Shown piece by piece: positions 34,354-34,357 of a stretch of DNA of 34,357 nt. The stretch is taken from positions 1 through 34,357 of the forward strand of contig JAKURS010000002.1 in NCBI GenBank assembly GCA_022449705.1. Direction: 5' to 3'. The DNA comes from Candidatus Poseidoniia archaeon (GTDB taxonomy: Archaea > Thermoplasmatota > Poseidoniia > MGIII > CG-Epi1). The position numbers and the translations under genes are program-made. How positions within the stretch are numbered: the first letter of the stretch is position 1; the number at the start of each line of letters is the position of its first letter. Below the pieces are notes generated by a model, which worked only from the letters and a program-made list of their open reading frames with translations, did no database searches and was not told the DNA's origin.

Positions 34354-34357
34354 GGGT

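Noticed and set aside
1-34357. CRISPR arrays, transposases/IS elements, integrases, rRNA genes and long direct repeats
   Set aside because: I saw no regularly spaced repeats, no transposase- or integrase-like ORFs and no rRNA-like conserved stretches. The only repeat-like signals are protein-level repeats (FG-GAP blades, the SMC coiled coil).

Overview
GC-rich archaeal chromosomal segment. It carries the archaeal RNA polymerase operon (tRNA-Lys, rpoH, rpoB, rpoA1, rpoA2, rpl30e) with an unsplit rpoB. That feature, the bacterial-type metabolic genes and a giant FG-GAP/PKD surface protein suggest a Thermoplasmatota / Marine-Group-II-like organism, but this taxonomic guess is inference only. I can support 26 protein-coding genes (two are very small and low-confidence), 1 tRNA and several TATA-like promoter boxes. 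I see no rRNA, CRISPR array or mobile element. Gene order, left to right:
- thiolase (partial), ValRS, dihydropteroate synthase
- a 1383-aa surface protein
- a tightly overlapped minus-strand operon fic-smc-scpA-scpB-tatA
- PiT phosphate transporter plus a DUF47/PhoU-like partner
- a C39-like cysteine peptidase and a TlpA-thioredoxin::CcdA fusion
- a transketolase-family enzyme, then the RNAP operon
- GlpX FBPase plus class I FBP aldolase, and a small membrane orphan
- an ArsR-CDF metal-efflux pair with a Cys-rich micro-ORF

Most noteworthy:
1. RpoA'' carries an unassigned N-terminal extension of about 385 aa, fused in the same ORF.
2. A Fic-domain protein with a degenerate active-site motif abuts smc in the same reading frame (TGA then TTG) and heads the smc-scpAB-tatA operon.
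3. scpB homology extends 36 codons upstream of any ATG/GTG/TTG, to a CTG placed in a CTGA overlap with the scpA stop.
4. A roughly 300-nt GC-rich, hairpin-dense intergenic block lies between two promoters and matches no RNA family I can recognise.
5. The giant surface protein ends in a cytoplasmic zinc ribbon and is directly coupled to folP.

Many long ORFs in the supplied track are alternate-frame artefacts of the high GC content and are rejected.
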